A stretch of DNA of 63,063 nt, counting the filler, from Pelomyxa schiedti (Eukaryota > Protista > Evosea), in assembly GCA_020536535.1 (NCBI GenBank). It is 5 parts of 5 records of this genome, joined end to end, with 100 filler letters (N's around TTAATTAATTAA, not from the genome) between each part and the next. Parts side by side here need not be neighbours in the genome. Positions count along the whole stretch, not along the records: positions 28,606 to 53,197 come from JAHLWZ010000585.1; positions 53,298 to 55,037 come from JAHLWZ010002296.1; positions 55,138 to 61,273 come from JAHLWZ010000726.1; positions 61,374 to 63,063 come from JAHLWZ010002330.1; 1 more part is not named here. One strand, given 5' to 3'. The notes below the pieces were generated by a model. It was given only the letters and a program-made list of their open reading frames with translations. It was not told the DNA's origin and did not search any database. Positions within the stretch are counted from its first letter, which is position 1, and the number at the start of each line of letters is the position of its first letter. The position numbers were made by a program, and so were the translations under genes. Shown one piece after another: positions 49,699 through 61,699 of the stretch.

Positions 49699-52600
49699 TC
49701 ATGTGCTACTGCTACGGCTTCGGCTTCGGCTACGGCTACGGCTTCTGGTTCTGCTACTGCTCCTGCTCCTCGTCTCACTTGCTGAATTATCATTATCACT
49801 GGCGGTGTCAGTGTGGCTGCTCCTGCTGGGACTGGAGCTGCGGCTATGACTGTGGCTGTGCCTGTGGTTGTGCTTGTGGTTGTGACGGCTGTGACTGTGG
49901 CTGTGGCTGTGACTGGGGCTGTGACCAGGGCTGTGGGCATGGTGGCTGTGCCTGTGTGTACTCTTGCGGCTGTGACTACGGCTACGACTGTGACTCTGGC
50001 TGCGGCTGTGGCTGTGGGACTTGTTCTTGGACGATGAGTGATGGTTGTGTCTGTGGTATCTTGGAGAGGAACTGGAATGTGAGGAGGATGATGACGGAGA
50101 GGAGGAGGATTCTGATGAAGAACTTGACTCTACGGAGGATGATTCTGCTGTTTGCTGCGGGCGTTCAGGTTTTTTTGCGGGTGGCTTTTCCTTGATCGGT
50201 GGTGATTTGGACGTGGAGCGCGTCGATGTTGTTGTGGATGTGGAAGCGGACCTGGTTCTTACTGAGGAAACTTTTGAGGAAGAGTGGTAGGTGGCTTGTG
50301 CTGTGGTTGATGCGGTTGATGATGGGACTGTCGGCGGTGAAGCTGACCTAGAGCGGATGATTGAAGAAGCCCGCTGGTAATCGGATTGGCTTGTTCCTTC
50401 ATTGGAATTCTTATCTGAGGGTGATGGCCCTTTGGTGTTGGAAGGCGGTGGTGAAGACGGTGTGGCTGACTCGGGACTTGGGGATGTTGATGGCGAGGGG
50501 TTGCTGTCCAGATACAGCTTTTTGATAACAGCATGGTACTTTTCTTCGAACAGAAATCTTTGAGGCATCTTTTTAAAAACTTTGAGTGAAACTGAGGGCA
50601 ATGGGAAAGCCATACAGTCATTCTAACAGACTCCTCGCACGTTAGAGTGGCAGGTGAAACGTTGTTTACTCCTCGTTGCATTTCAGAGGATGCTCTCCTT
50701 CTTGCAGTTTGCCTTAGTACTGCAAATTTCTTAATCTTGTATGGCTGGGGCAGTTCTTCATTGACTTCCATAACTTTCTTACATATCCAAGAGAGGCTAG
50801 GCTGTCCTGGTGGTGCAGATTGACTTGGTAGCGGCGTACTTTGAGTGGGAATTTTTGACTTAGATAATGATAAGGGGGTTGTGGATGGTGTCTCACTTTC
50901 AGTGAATAACAGCATACCTAGTGTAAAGTGAGCAGGAGTACAGTAGTATTCGGCCGTACTGATAAATTTCCTGCCTTCACCCACCAAAACTGCGTTTGGT
51001 ATACTTGGAGAAAGGGATTTCAGAATTTTGGATTCAATGATAAGTGGCGGTACTACTTCCCCACAGGAGGTGTGCAACATTAGTTTTGTCCGCCCAGTGA
51101 TTTTAAGAACCGAACGAGGAACGCATATAATCCACTGTATTATATGTGGTAAGCTTAAATTTGATGAGAGGAGAGTGATTTAACCTCTCCAGTATAGCCA
51201 GTGGGATAAGAAAATGGAGTGGAATGTGCAGGTTCGCCATAATAGCCCATCTGTCGCTTAATTGAGTCTTGGGCAACGTGAAAGAGGAAAATACACACGA
51301 AAACATTAGGCCCTGAAATGATAATTTCATGTGATGTAGTCATTGAGGAAATCAGGCTTGTAGTAACTGACGAGGTTGTTGGTGTCACAGGTGAATCTGG
51401 GTGGCTGGCAGCAATAGACACAGAAACAGACGTATGGAAGGGTACCCCAACAGTCCCCTGTTTCCACAGGCCAGGTTTGGCTGCCGTTATACATCCACAT
51501 GCTTCGGTAACTCCTAAACAGAATCACCTACTGGCAATGAATTTGAGGGAATACCAAAGGTTTCAAAGACAGATATCCCGTTTCCAGAGAAAAATTCGAT
51601 CGTGTCTGTGTTTAGTGTAGCTCCACCAACTGCACAATAGCGTGCACAATCAAGTCCGAGACTGTCTGCAATCCGCGTGAAAACGACCTGAGGAAATCAC
51701 AGTCAGAAGAGTGTGTTGATTCTTCAAAATAATTACCTTCCTAGCAAAGCCATAACCTCGCGGCTTACTGCTCCCTTGCTGAGTGGCTTTTGCTCCTTCA
51801 ATTCCTTTTTTCGTGGCCCATGCAGAAATGCTCTTTCCAATAAGGCCGCCGTGCTTTGTTGCCTCCGATTTGCGGATATAATCTTCTAGGCGTTCCCATA
51901 TACGAGGGACCCCAAAAAACATCGTGGGCCTGATGCTGCACAGAGCTTCAACCAACAGGGAAGTTACCTGAGGACTATCCAATTAGGTGCTAAGAAAAGA
52001 ACAAAATAAACCTGGGAAGCGTCTGGTGCTGAAAAACTAACCATACTGCCATATCTCATTGGTATGTACAGTGACATTACCTGATTTCCAATGTGCCTGA
52101 TAAATCTCATTAAGATGGCAAACCGAATGTTTTAATGCGCTACCATAACGGGAGATAGGATATAAACGAGTCAAACTGGCAAACACCAACCCACTCGCCA
52201 CAATATGCAGCAGTAAAAGTTACATTACTGTGGCTGAACATTACACCTTTCAGGTTACCAGTGGGTGACACAGGTGAGTAAACGATTTGACAAAGGTCTT
52301 GTGGTTGTTGCCGTTGCATCCTTGACTCCAGCACATCATGATGGACCTGGTTACTGTGTGCAACAAAGGTGTCCCACCATAGAACGTTCGGAGTTTCTGC
52401 CTTGGGAGAAGTCAAGGAATTGAGTTTTCCTAGGAGGATATACCAATCCAAGCGTATTTGATCCAACTCGAACAATTTTGAGTAATCTACGTGATGCCAC
52501 CACTTTGGTATAGCGAGCACATAAGGCATCAGTGTCAACAAAGACAACATCAGGTTGACAATTCTCTGTCACTTGGAGAACCTGTTCATCTGTCCATTGT

Positions 52601-53080
52601 ACAACACCAGCAACTGCAACTGCACCAGCCATAATAGCGCCCACATGAGCATAGTGCCAGTAAGGACTATTACCAAGGCAGATGAGCACAGAAAGACGCT
52701 GGCGTTGGTCCACACGTTGATTGTCTTGGTGGTCAACAGGTGAGTGTAAGATGTTATTGCTTTCAGTTACCAAAGGCAATTAGTGCCAAAGCAACATCTC
52801 GGCAGTAGTTGTAGTACTGTAACCACTTTACCTCTGTCCAAGTAGTGTCAGATTGGCGAGCTTTGTACCTAATCCACATTACAAATATCAAAACAGTGGG
52901 CACACACCTTAGGGCAACCTGTGAGTGTATCCTCTGAGCTGTAAATTGGAACACTTGGCAAACTGTGTGGGGGTGGGAGTCATCCCATCGTTCCACTTCC
53001 TTAAAGGCAATGAATATATTGAGTTTCATAGCAAAATGAAGGGTAAAACAGAGAAGTATTCCTCACCAACTCTGCAGGTA
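49699..53080 (-). CDS. Bubblegum-type long-chain acyl-CoA synthetase-like protein with degenerate motifs and an RS/HS-rich tail (5' partial)
   Basis: KGVMFSHSNVTFTA; ISYLPL.HI; IRPTMFFGVPRIWE; MGYYGEP; TGRTKLMLHTSCGEVVPPLIIE; NAVLVGEGRKFI; EEKYHAVIKKLY, followed by a ~270-aa tail ending RSRSRSRSRSRSSST. Confidence 0.85.
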
Positions 53081-53138
53081 AAAAAGAAGTAAAGGTCAAT
53101 TTTTGGGTTTATTTAGAGTACCAATCACTTTCCAGTAG

Positions 53139-53141
<3 letters not shown>

Positions 53142-53195
<54 letters not shown>
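53142..53195. repeat. (GA)n microsatellite at scaffold end
   Basis: Read directly from the sequence. Confidence 0.95.
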
Positions 53196-53197
<2 letters not shown>

Positions 53198-55141
53198 NNN
53201 NNNNNNNNNNNNNNNNNNNNNNNNNNNNNNNNNNNNNNNNNTTAATTAATTAANNNNNNNNNNNNNNNNNNNNNNNNNNNNNNNNNNNNNNNNNNNNTTA
53301 TTTTCCTGCACAGCTGCAAGATCAGTTCTATGACAATTTAAATCTGTGAACAACAAAATTTTATTGGATTTTTTTTGGACTCACTGTCCGCGGCGCAAGC
53401 CAGGACCCCATTCTTGTCCTGACCATTGTTCCAAGTTGCAAAGTTCCTTGGCTTGACAGACGCTTCCCTGTGGGTTCTTTTGGAGTGGGCCCACACAGCT
53501 TCGAATTAGAAGAAGCCTCGGGAAACACAGGAAGACCCAGAGACACTCCCCAAGAGGCCATCAGATTCCACGATTTCTCCCGGGATAAATACGTGGATTT
53601 TTTTTACAGCCTAACACTGTGCCCTGTGGCGGAGACCGTTTACCTGTTTTTATGGTAACGTGATCGTGGCCTGGCCTATGGGGCATGCCACCACTTCGTC
53701 CCATGATCCCGACCTGTAGGAACACTACCCAAGACGAGGACGTCCCCGCCCGCAAAGAAGGGAAGCCTGCGAGCCCCGGCGCGGCGGGTCCCAACTTGGG
53801 TGCTTCTGCTTCGGATGCCAGCTGCAACTGCGCTCATCATGTGTGTAATGCCGACCGCGGCGCCTGGTATCTGCCCACCGTTAGTTAGACGTCATCACCA
53901 TTGAAACTACGGTGATGCATATTTCCTTGCTCAGGGCACCCAACATTTGCCATTTTGGGTGTCACCACTGACCGGGTCTTTTCACTGAAAAGCGACGTTT
54001 GTTGTTGGCGTGCCTACGAAGGCCCGAGGCTCTTTGTGGTCTGTGGAATTTTCCAACCACACATCAGTGTTGTTTGTTTTCCCGGCGTCGCTGTGGCTAT
54101 CCCATTTTCAGAATTGCCACTGGTGAGACTTTGGAATGCTCTCCATTTTTTAACGGAAAGCAAAAGGCAGTTGCTCATAACACCCCTTTGTGGTGCAAGT
54201 GCAATTTATCTACTGCATTATTGACCCGCGGTCTGTATATACTAACCATCTTCTTGGGCCAACGCCGTATTCGGAAATATTTTCTAAAGCTGTGGCTGGC
54301 TCTCATTTGCATGTTGACGTGTGTAGAAAGGAACCTATCCTTAGTTTTAAAGGGGTTTATTTAGGTTGGACTCCCAGGGCTGATCAATGCATTTAGCCTT
54401 TCCAGTTACTTTGTAACTAGCATCTGGATGAAAGGCTTTCTTGACTGCGACTAACGATCCAATAGAAATTTAATTTAATGGTTTTCCCAGCCCAAGTACA
54501 GAGAAGGCGGCGCCTAAGAAACTGAATCCAGATCGAAGTGCACTTGAGAGAAAATTACCAATGCATGCATACATTGGCAAAAGAGTGGAGCTTCACACCC
54601 AGCGGATCTGAAGTTTGGTACTATCACTCGTTGCTCCTATCATTGCTAAGCTCTCATTAGTGCGAAGCACGGTAATCGAACTCGTGCTCGGAAGTGATGA
54701 TATCACATCATTTTGAAGTTTTCTATCCAAGTTACAAGTATCCTACATTGATGAAGGCCCTCTGCTGGCTGCATGTGAGGGGGCTGGGAACAAGGAACGG
54801 ACTTGTTTCCTCGTTTGCTGCAACTACTCCAAGTGGACAGTCAGCAAAAAACCCTAATATCATCAAATCAATTGGGAAGTTGTTTGACCACCACCATATT
54901 AGATACGGTACTAAGGGCCTACATGGCGCGGTAATCATTGACGCTCCTGTATTAATTTAAAAATCTATAAACTTTTGTTAAGAAACTTACGGCAAACATT
55001 TCACTGTAGCATAAAAGATCAATTGCGCGGGACAGAANNNNNNNNNNNNNNNNNNNNNNNNNNNNNNNNNNNNNNNNNNNNTTAATTAATTAANNNNNNN
55101 NNNNNNNNNNNNNNNNNNNNNNNNNNNNNNNNNNNNNTGAA

Positions 55142-56467
55142 TCAGTTGGATGAGAGAGGAAAAGGGAATAGGGTGGCACTCCAATTTAATGTGTCAGTGA
55201 GTTGGTGTGCCAAAAATCTTGCCTTGAGCACAGTCCGGCCTGACCATGGATCACAGAACATCATCACAAGTGCACCCTTCTCTGTCACCCCAACAGTGAC
55301 AAGGCTGCCCATGACACTCACCCTTGCAATTGGGAATTCTGGGGTTGCAAGTGACACACTCAGAAAGGGCTGTGTTGGTTGGCTGAGCTTGAAGATCAAC
55401 ACCCGTGTATCCTTGGAAGTGGAGTTAACCTCGCTGCTGTTTGCAATGCAAGCAAAGTGAATGTGGTCAAGCAACCAAGGCTTGCTTGGCAATGTGACCA
55501 CAACATCACCAGAGGGTGCAAGAAGCTCGTTCTTGGCAGTGATAAGCAGGCCACTCCAAAACACACGTGCCTTCTTCTCCCGGAGTTTGGAAGAGACTTT
55601 ACAATTCCATTTGACCACCACACTGCTGACCAGCACACCAGTCTCCAGTGACTCGGCAATATCAACCTGTATCCACATCAAATCGCTGTGCTTTGTCATT
55701 GTATGCTCCTCCTCACACATGATTGACACCTTGTCAGCCTCACCGAGCTTCACAGACCACACAAGCCCACAATGCGTCGGAAATTCTCTGACTGTGAACA
55801 CCTCGTCATTGCAGCTCAAATCTTCAGTGGAACCACTTTGGTGGAGGTCGAATGAAGAAGGAGGCACCTTCCACACATGAATTGTGGTCTTACCAACACC
55901 TCCCACAATCAAAACCCACTTGCTGTTGCAGTCGTACAGGTGGAAGCCGCCCTCCTCCCCAAACCCACAATCCACCTTCCGCACCAAATCCTCACAATCT
56001 CGCAAATCTGGGTCTTGTGTCAGCCTGTGGACAACCCGCCTGCGACCAAGTACGTCTCTCACGGCAAACCACCTGTCGACGCGGGAGTACCACAGCATCG
56101 CCATTCTCGACGTGGGGCTCACCCACTCGCGTTCCGACCAGTAGTCCCTCTGGTACTCGAGGCTGGTGCTCACGACGGGGTCACCGAGTGCGCCGAGGGT
56201 CGCGGAGACCAGCACCGCGAGGTAGCCGCAGCCCCGCCGCTCGTTCGTGCTGGGCACGGGGGTGACGCGGGCGCAGAGCCACGAGGAGGGGCGCAGGACC
56301 CAGGGGAGGCCCAGGGAGTCCCGCAGCAGTGGCCCGCACACCGCCGCGAGCCTCGCTGGGCTCCCCACCCCGCATCGCGTCGACGAACTCATTGCGATCG
56401 CCAGTAGCTGGTCCATCGCCTTGGTCACAGAGACGATTTGCATGTTGTTGAAGTTTTTGATGGCCAT
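55142..56467 (-). CDS. Intronless hypothetical protein; distant member of the adjacent paralog family
   Basis: Uninterrupted ORF of ~440 aa. Shares AxxQL, W-V, VSxTLG, CNxKWV and terminal FxDxxSG motifs with its neighbours. Confidence 0.7.
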   Translation of the reverse strand: MAIKNFNNMQIVSVTKAMDQLLAIAMSSSTRCGVGSPARLAAVCGPLLRDSLGLPWVLRPSSWLCARVTPVPSTNERRGCGYLAVLVSATLGALGDPVVSTSLEYQRDYWSEREWVSPTSRMAMLWYSRVDRWFAVRDVLGRRRVVHRLTQDPDLRDCEDLVRKVDCGFGEEGGFHLYDCNSKWVLIVGGVGKTTIHVWKVPPSSFDLHQSGSTEDLSCNDEVFTVREFPTHCGLVWSVKLGEADKVSIMCEEEHTMTKHSDLMWIQVDIAESLETGVLVSSVVVKWNCKVSSKLREKKARVFWSGLLITAKNELLAPSGDVVVTLPSKPWLLDHIHFACIANSSEVNSTSKDTRVLIFKLSQPTQPFLSVSLATPEFPIARVSVMGSLVTVGVTEKGALVMMFCDPWSGRTVLKARFLAHQLTDTLNWSATLFPFPLSSN

Positions 56468-56625
56468 TAAAGCTTTCCGACCATTTGAGGTTACCATAAA
56501 AATCGGGACTCAGTTGGGCCAGGTGGAAGCTGCGCATCCTTCACAGAGGAAACCCGTGCCGTTCTGTTGAAGCAGTCCCTGTGTGTCTTTTTTTTTTGTT
56601 TTGATCACGAAAAAACCTGATCAAA

Positions 56626-58457
56626 ATGCTACGCGCGTTCGACGACACCGTCGTGGAGATCAATTGTGGGACGCGGGCTCGGTCCCAGCTCGTTCAACTC
56701 CTTTTCGCGCATTCGTTGTCGGTATCCAGCAGCCAGCCAACCCCCCATAATTCCGTCCAGTCCCCGTCGACGCCCTCCTCGGACGCCGCGTCCCGCCGGC
56801 AGCGGGGCTTGTCACTTTTTCGATCCTCGTACGACCCTGGTTCGGTGGCCCCACTTATCTACCACTGCCACGTTGGAGGTTTGCCATTGTGGGTGTTGGT
56901 GGAACTGATCGGGAAGAGGTGGGTGATGTGGCCCGAGAGGAGGGTCCTTGTTCAATGTGCTGCTGGTGAGGATGAAGGATTCTATGAGCAGGACTACTTA
57001 TTGTTCTTCAGTGTGGGGCCAACACTTGGGCTGGTCCACAAGCCTGTTGTGGTTTCAATGAAGGATTTCTGTTTCGGGTGGACTGGAGGCAACACGATCA
57101 TCACCCACCAGGACCAGGTGAAGCAATTACGTGTGTGCAGTGAGGTACAGCAGGAAGATTCTGTGGTTCGTCCTGAATCCACCAAAAATGAAGGTGAAGG
57201 GAACCAAGGGGCACATTTTGATGCTATTCCCGAGTTCAACATCTATGGAATTCAGGGGTGTTGCAACCAGAGGTGGGTTGTCATTGCTGGAGTCAGAAAG
57301 AGCACCAATGAATCTGGGTTGTTCGTGTGCAANNNNNNNNNNNNNNNNNNNNNNNNNNNNNNNNNNNNNNNNNNNNNNNNNNNNNNNNNNNNNNNNNNNN
57401 NNNNNNNNNNNNNNNNNNNNNNNNNNNNNNNNCACATTTTGATGCTATTCCCGAGTTCAACATCTATGGAATTCAGGGGTGTTGCAACCAGAGGTGGGTT
57501 GTCATTGCTGGAGTCAGAAAGAGCACCAATGAATCTGGGTTGTTCGTGTGCAAGGTGGACAACACTCAACTGGATTCCTGTTGGAATGTGATGAAGTACC
57601 CGTGGTTCAATTCGGTTCGATCTCTGAGCTTCTTTGGCTCCAGTGAGTTCGACTTTGAGTCTGACGTTGTGGAAGTTATCTTCACTGAGGAAAGGGGCAC
57701 TGACAAATTCTGGTGTATTGTGCATATCAACCTGAACTGTGAGAGTGGCTCAAATCCACTGAGAGTCATTGGGGAGTGCAATCTTTCCCAGGTCGGCATC
57801 AAATCAGGGTTCCTCCCCAAACCACTGGTTGACAGGAGGTCACACTATCCATCGTTGATTTATTACTTCCTGCTGGGTGAAACAGGTGGTGAGGCCAAGG
57901 TGTTTGTGCTGAACACAGGCCAGGTTGTCACATTGATTGAAGGGACCACCCACTCTGCCAAGAACAAGCATGTTGTGCAGGCTGTTGACGAAACACACTT
58001 GAGCCTCAAAACTGGCAAGAGGGGTTATCCCACAACAACATCGGTTTACTCTCTCTCAGAGTTGATTTCATCAGCCACTTCGTTGCCGCCACCACCACCA
58101 CACTCTGCTGCTGAAGTATCATCCTCCTGTTTTGACCAAGTGACTCCAATCCACGTTCACCACTTTGAACCGGGATCAGTGGTTGCTGCTGTTGGTTGCG
58201 GAATCGTCACATCAAGTTCCCAGTTGCCAATGGCGTCATGGCCTGACCACTCCTCAGAGCCCAAGAGACCAAGGCTATCAAAAACGAGGGGCGTACCACT
58301 CTCAGGGAGGTTCAACCCCCCACAGATCCTGATGTCGCATGAGTTCATTGATGCAACAACGGGCACTGTGCTGTTCACAGTGAAGCAGGCAGATGCGTAC
58401 TTCAGCCTCCTTCCAGTTTACATTGGTCCTGTTCCATTCCACAATCCCTTGGGATAG
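56626..58457 (+). CDS. Intronless family paralog 1 (single gene split by an assembly gap)
   Basis: 57213-57332 is repeated at 57433-57552. Collapsing the duplicate gives one ORF collinear with 58607-60133. Confidence 0.82.
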
Positions 58458-58606
58458 CAGCAAATCATTCAGAGAGCATCAGAGAAGAATGAAGGATCCT
58501 TCAGGAGATCTGGGTTCCCAATGGGGACTTCCCATCACAATTGTGGTGAGGTGATCTAAATAGTTGGATACAACAACAATCACAATTTTTCGACAGACGA
58601 AACAAA

Positions 58607-60133
58607 ATGCGACGCAACCGTGACTTCGACAGTGCGGTGGCGATCAATTGTGGGACGCGGGCTCGGTCCCAGATCGTTCAACTCCTTTTCGCTCATTCAT
58701 CATCCTCGTCATCCAGTGCTCCTCCACCACCACCATCCCATAATGTCGTCCAGTCGCCCGCCCCATCCTCGTCCCAACAATCTTCCTCTGAGTCTGACCT
58801 GGCGGTGTCACCTGCAGCAACCCCACCGACCGGTTGTTGCGTTGGCGTTTTGCCATTGTGGGTGTTGGTGGAACTGATTGGGAAGAGGTGGGTGATGTGG
58901 CCTGAGAGGAGGGTCCTTGTGGAATTTGGGGCAAATCCAATTGATTATCATGAAGGATACCCTGAGCCCTACTTCATGTTCTTCAGTGTGGGGCCAACAC
59001 TTGGGCTGGTTCACAAGCCTGTTGTGGTTCCAATGGAGGAGTCCTGTGTTGGGTGGATTGGCGGAAACACGGTCATCACTCAGAAGAAGTGGTTGAAGAA
59101 ATTCAGTGTGTGCGAGGTTAAGGAACATTCTGTGATTCCTGGTGAATCCACCTCAAAAATAAAGCTGAAGGGCACGAAGGGGTGCTGCAACCAGAGGTGG
59201 GTTGTGATTGCTGGAGTCAGAAAGAGCACCAATGAATCTGGGTTGTTCGTGTGCAAGGTGGAGAACACTCAACTGGATTCCTGTTGGAATGTGATGCAGT
59301 ACCCATGGTTTGATTCCATTCTGTCACTCTGCTTCTTTGGCTCCAGTGAGTTTGACTTTGAGTCTGATGTTCTGGAAGTTATCTTCACTGAGGAAAGGAG
59401 CACCAATGAATTCTTGTGCGTTGTTCACATCAACCTGAACACATTTGTGGCCAATGTCGAACATTGTTTGACAGTGCCACTCAAAGTTATGGCAGAGTGC
59501 AATGTCTCAGAGAAGGGCATCAAGGCAGAGTCGCTCACGCAACCACTGGTTGACAGATCGAGTGGGATGTATCACTTCCTGCTTGGAAACCAAACTTGTG
59601 AAGTCAAGGTGTTGGTGTTGAACACAGGCGAGGTTGTCACATTGATTGAAGGCTCCCCATCTGCCAGGAGACTGATTGTGGAGGCAGTTGACGAAACGCA
59701 CCTGAGTCTCACAAAGGGTGGTCATAACACAGTGAAAACCTCAGTTTATTCTCTGTCAGAGCTGATTTCATCAGCCACTTCGTTGCCACCATCACCCTCC
59801 TCTGAAGTTTCCTGTTTTGAGAAAGTGACTCCAATCCACATTCACCACTTTTCACCAGGATCAGTGGTTTCTGCTGTTGGTTGCGGCATTCTAACATCAA
59901 GTTCCCTCTCAATGTCATCATGGCACCACTCCTCAGAGCCAAAGAGACCAAGGCTCTCCAAAACGAGGGTCACACCAATCTCCAAGAGGTTCTACATCCC
60001 ACAGGTGCTAATGTCACATGAGTTCCTCGATGCAACAACAGGCACTGTGCTGTTCCAAGTTAAGCAGATAGATGTGCAGGTCGCGCTGCTTCCAGTTGAC
60101 ATCCATCCTGTTCCATTCCACAATCGCCTATGA
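58607..60133 (+). CDS. Intronless family paralog 2 (508 aa)
   Basis: Intact ORF with motifs INCGTRARSQ, LPLWVLVELIGKRWVMWPERRVLV, FFSVGPTLG, GCCNQRWVV and HEFLDATTG. Confidence 0.85.
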   Translation: MRRNRDFDSAVAINCGTRARSQIVQLLFAHSSSSSSSAPPPPPSHNVVQSPAPSSSQQSSSESDLAVSPAATPPTGCCVGVLPLWVLVELIGKRWVMWPERRVLVEFGANPIDYHEGYPEPYFMFFSVGPTLGLVHKPVVVPMEESCVGWIGGNTVITQKKWLKKFSVCEVKEHSVIPGESTSKIKLKGTKGCCNQRWVVIAGVRKSTNESGLFVCKVENTQLDSCWNVMQYPWFDSILSLCFFGSSEFDFESDVLEVIFTEERSTNEFLCVVHINLNTFVANVEHCLTVPLKVMAECNVSEKGIKAESLTQPLVDRSSGMYHFLLGNQTCEVKVLVLNTGEVVTLIEGSPSARRLIVEAVDETHLSLTKGGHNTVKTSVYSLSELISSATSLPPSPSSEVSCFEKVTPIHIHHFSPGSVVSAVGCGILTSSSLSMSSWHHSSEPKRPRLSKTRVTPISKRFYIPQVLMSHEFLDATTGTVLFQVKQIDVQVALLPVDIHPVPFHNRL

Positions 60134-60201
60134 TCAGAAAAAAATAAGGAATCACAAAAAATGGTTTTTCTTTTCCCTTGCTATCTACTGTCGTCACCGA
60201 C

Positions 60202-60807
60202 ATGCAACTTGCCAATTCCGTGTGGTCTGGCTGTAGGGATCTACTGGCTGAGCAACAGATTCTGCAGTTGCTCGTTGCCAAGCCCCGTCCTCATCAACAA
60301 CAACGACGTAGGAAAGTGTCAAATGGCGACAGGAGAGGTATCCAAAGTCAACGCTGTGGCGTCGCCGTGTTGCCATTGTGGGTGGTGGTCGATTGCGGCG
60401 GGAAACGATGGGTGATGGAGCCCGAGAGGAACGTCGTGGTCACCACGGACGGCAATTATGGGATCCAGCACCACTATTTCTTCCGTGTGAGTTGGACGCT
60501 TGGGATGATTGGTCGCCCTGTTGGTGTCACAATGGATGACAAGTGCGTTGGTTGGCTCGGTGGCGAGAACATCACTCAGTTTCGAAGACTCATTCACCAT
60601 TGTGCACCAGGAACCAGAGTTGCTGCTGGTTGTGGGATGCTCATTTCCAGTTCTGTGAGAATTTCATTGCATGCTACACAAAAGAAGCCAAGGCTCCCAC
60701 AAGGCCCTGTGTTCCCAACAATGCAGCACCTTCACAAGTTCACAGATGCAGCAACAGGCACACCACTGTTCACCATGACTGAATCATCATCATACCTCCC
60801 ATTATAG
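60202..60807 (+). CDS. Intronless family paralog 3, internally deleted
   Basis: Keeps the N-terminal motifs (LPLWVVVDCGGKRWVMEPER, VSWTLG) and C-terminal motifs (HH..PG, HKFTDAATG) but lacks roughly 250 central residues. Confidence 0.65.
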   Translation: MQLANSVWSGCRDLLAEQQILQLLVAKPRPHQQQRRRKVSNGDRRGIQSQRCGVAVLPLWVVVDCGGKRWVMEPERNVVVTTDGNYGIQHHYFFRVSWTLGMIGRPVGVTMDDKCVGWLGGENITQFRRLIHHCAPGTRVAAGCGMLISSSVRISLHATQKKPRLPQGPVFPTMQHLHKFTDAATGTPLFTMTESSSYLPL

Positions 60808-60869
60808 ATACAAGCTGTCCCTTTCCCCTCTCCTTTGTGAATAAGGTACACTCACCACCCGAAAAGAAA

Positions 60870-61273
60870 ATGCGACGTGCCCTCCCATTCGACGACTGCG
60901 ACGGTGACATAGGCATCAATTGTGGGTTATGTGCCCGGACACAAATAGAACAACTCCTCCTCGCCCATCGTCGTGGCGGTTCGCCGCCGTCGTCGTCGTC
61001 TTCCTCCTCTGGACTGCTGAAACTCCAGGCTGTGGACTCCCCAAACCCCCGGGGGCACGCCGTACCGACCCAACCCCCCACTTGTCGTCGCTGTTGGGTT
61101 GGCCTGTTGCCATTGTGGGTGGAACTGATCGGGAAGAGGTGGGTGATGTGGCCCGAGAGGAGGGTCCTCGTGGAATTTGTGCCAACCTCGCTGGCTTGGT
61201 GGGGGTACCTCAACGAAAGTGAAAGTGAGTGCATTGACAAATACGATGACTACTGGTTGTTCTTCAGTGTGGG
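60870..61273 (+). CDS. Intronless family paralog 4 (3' truncated by scaffold end)
   Basis: INCGLCARTQIEQLL, LPLWVELIGKRWVMWPERRVLV and FFSV. Confidence 0.78.
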
Positions 61274-61699
61274 NNNNNNNNNNNNNNNNNNNNNNNNNNN
61301 NNNNNNNNNNNNNNNNNTTAATTAATTAANNNNNNNNNNNNNNNNNNNNNNNNNNNNNNNNNNNNNNNNNNNNTATAGTTTCTTCAGTGCCGCGAAACAT
61401 CCTCATTACACTGAGTTTCGAAGCTATGGGTTCCAATTGTGAGAGAAAACCTTGAGGTCTCCAATTCCGCATACAGCCACGTTATGTTTCTGTTACTTTT
61501 TTTCACATTGCAGTATATCTTTCGTAATCATTACAAAAATGGTGGAACTGGCTGGCTCTACTCTCTCCAGAAAAGTTATCAAGTTGCTGATTCAGCAGTT
61601 TCACCTGAGTGAGAATGAGGTGAGGTCGTGAATCAATGAGTTCAGCACTTTGCGGCATCAAGTGGCAAGACGAAATGTGAAGAGTGGCCTATAAACAGA

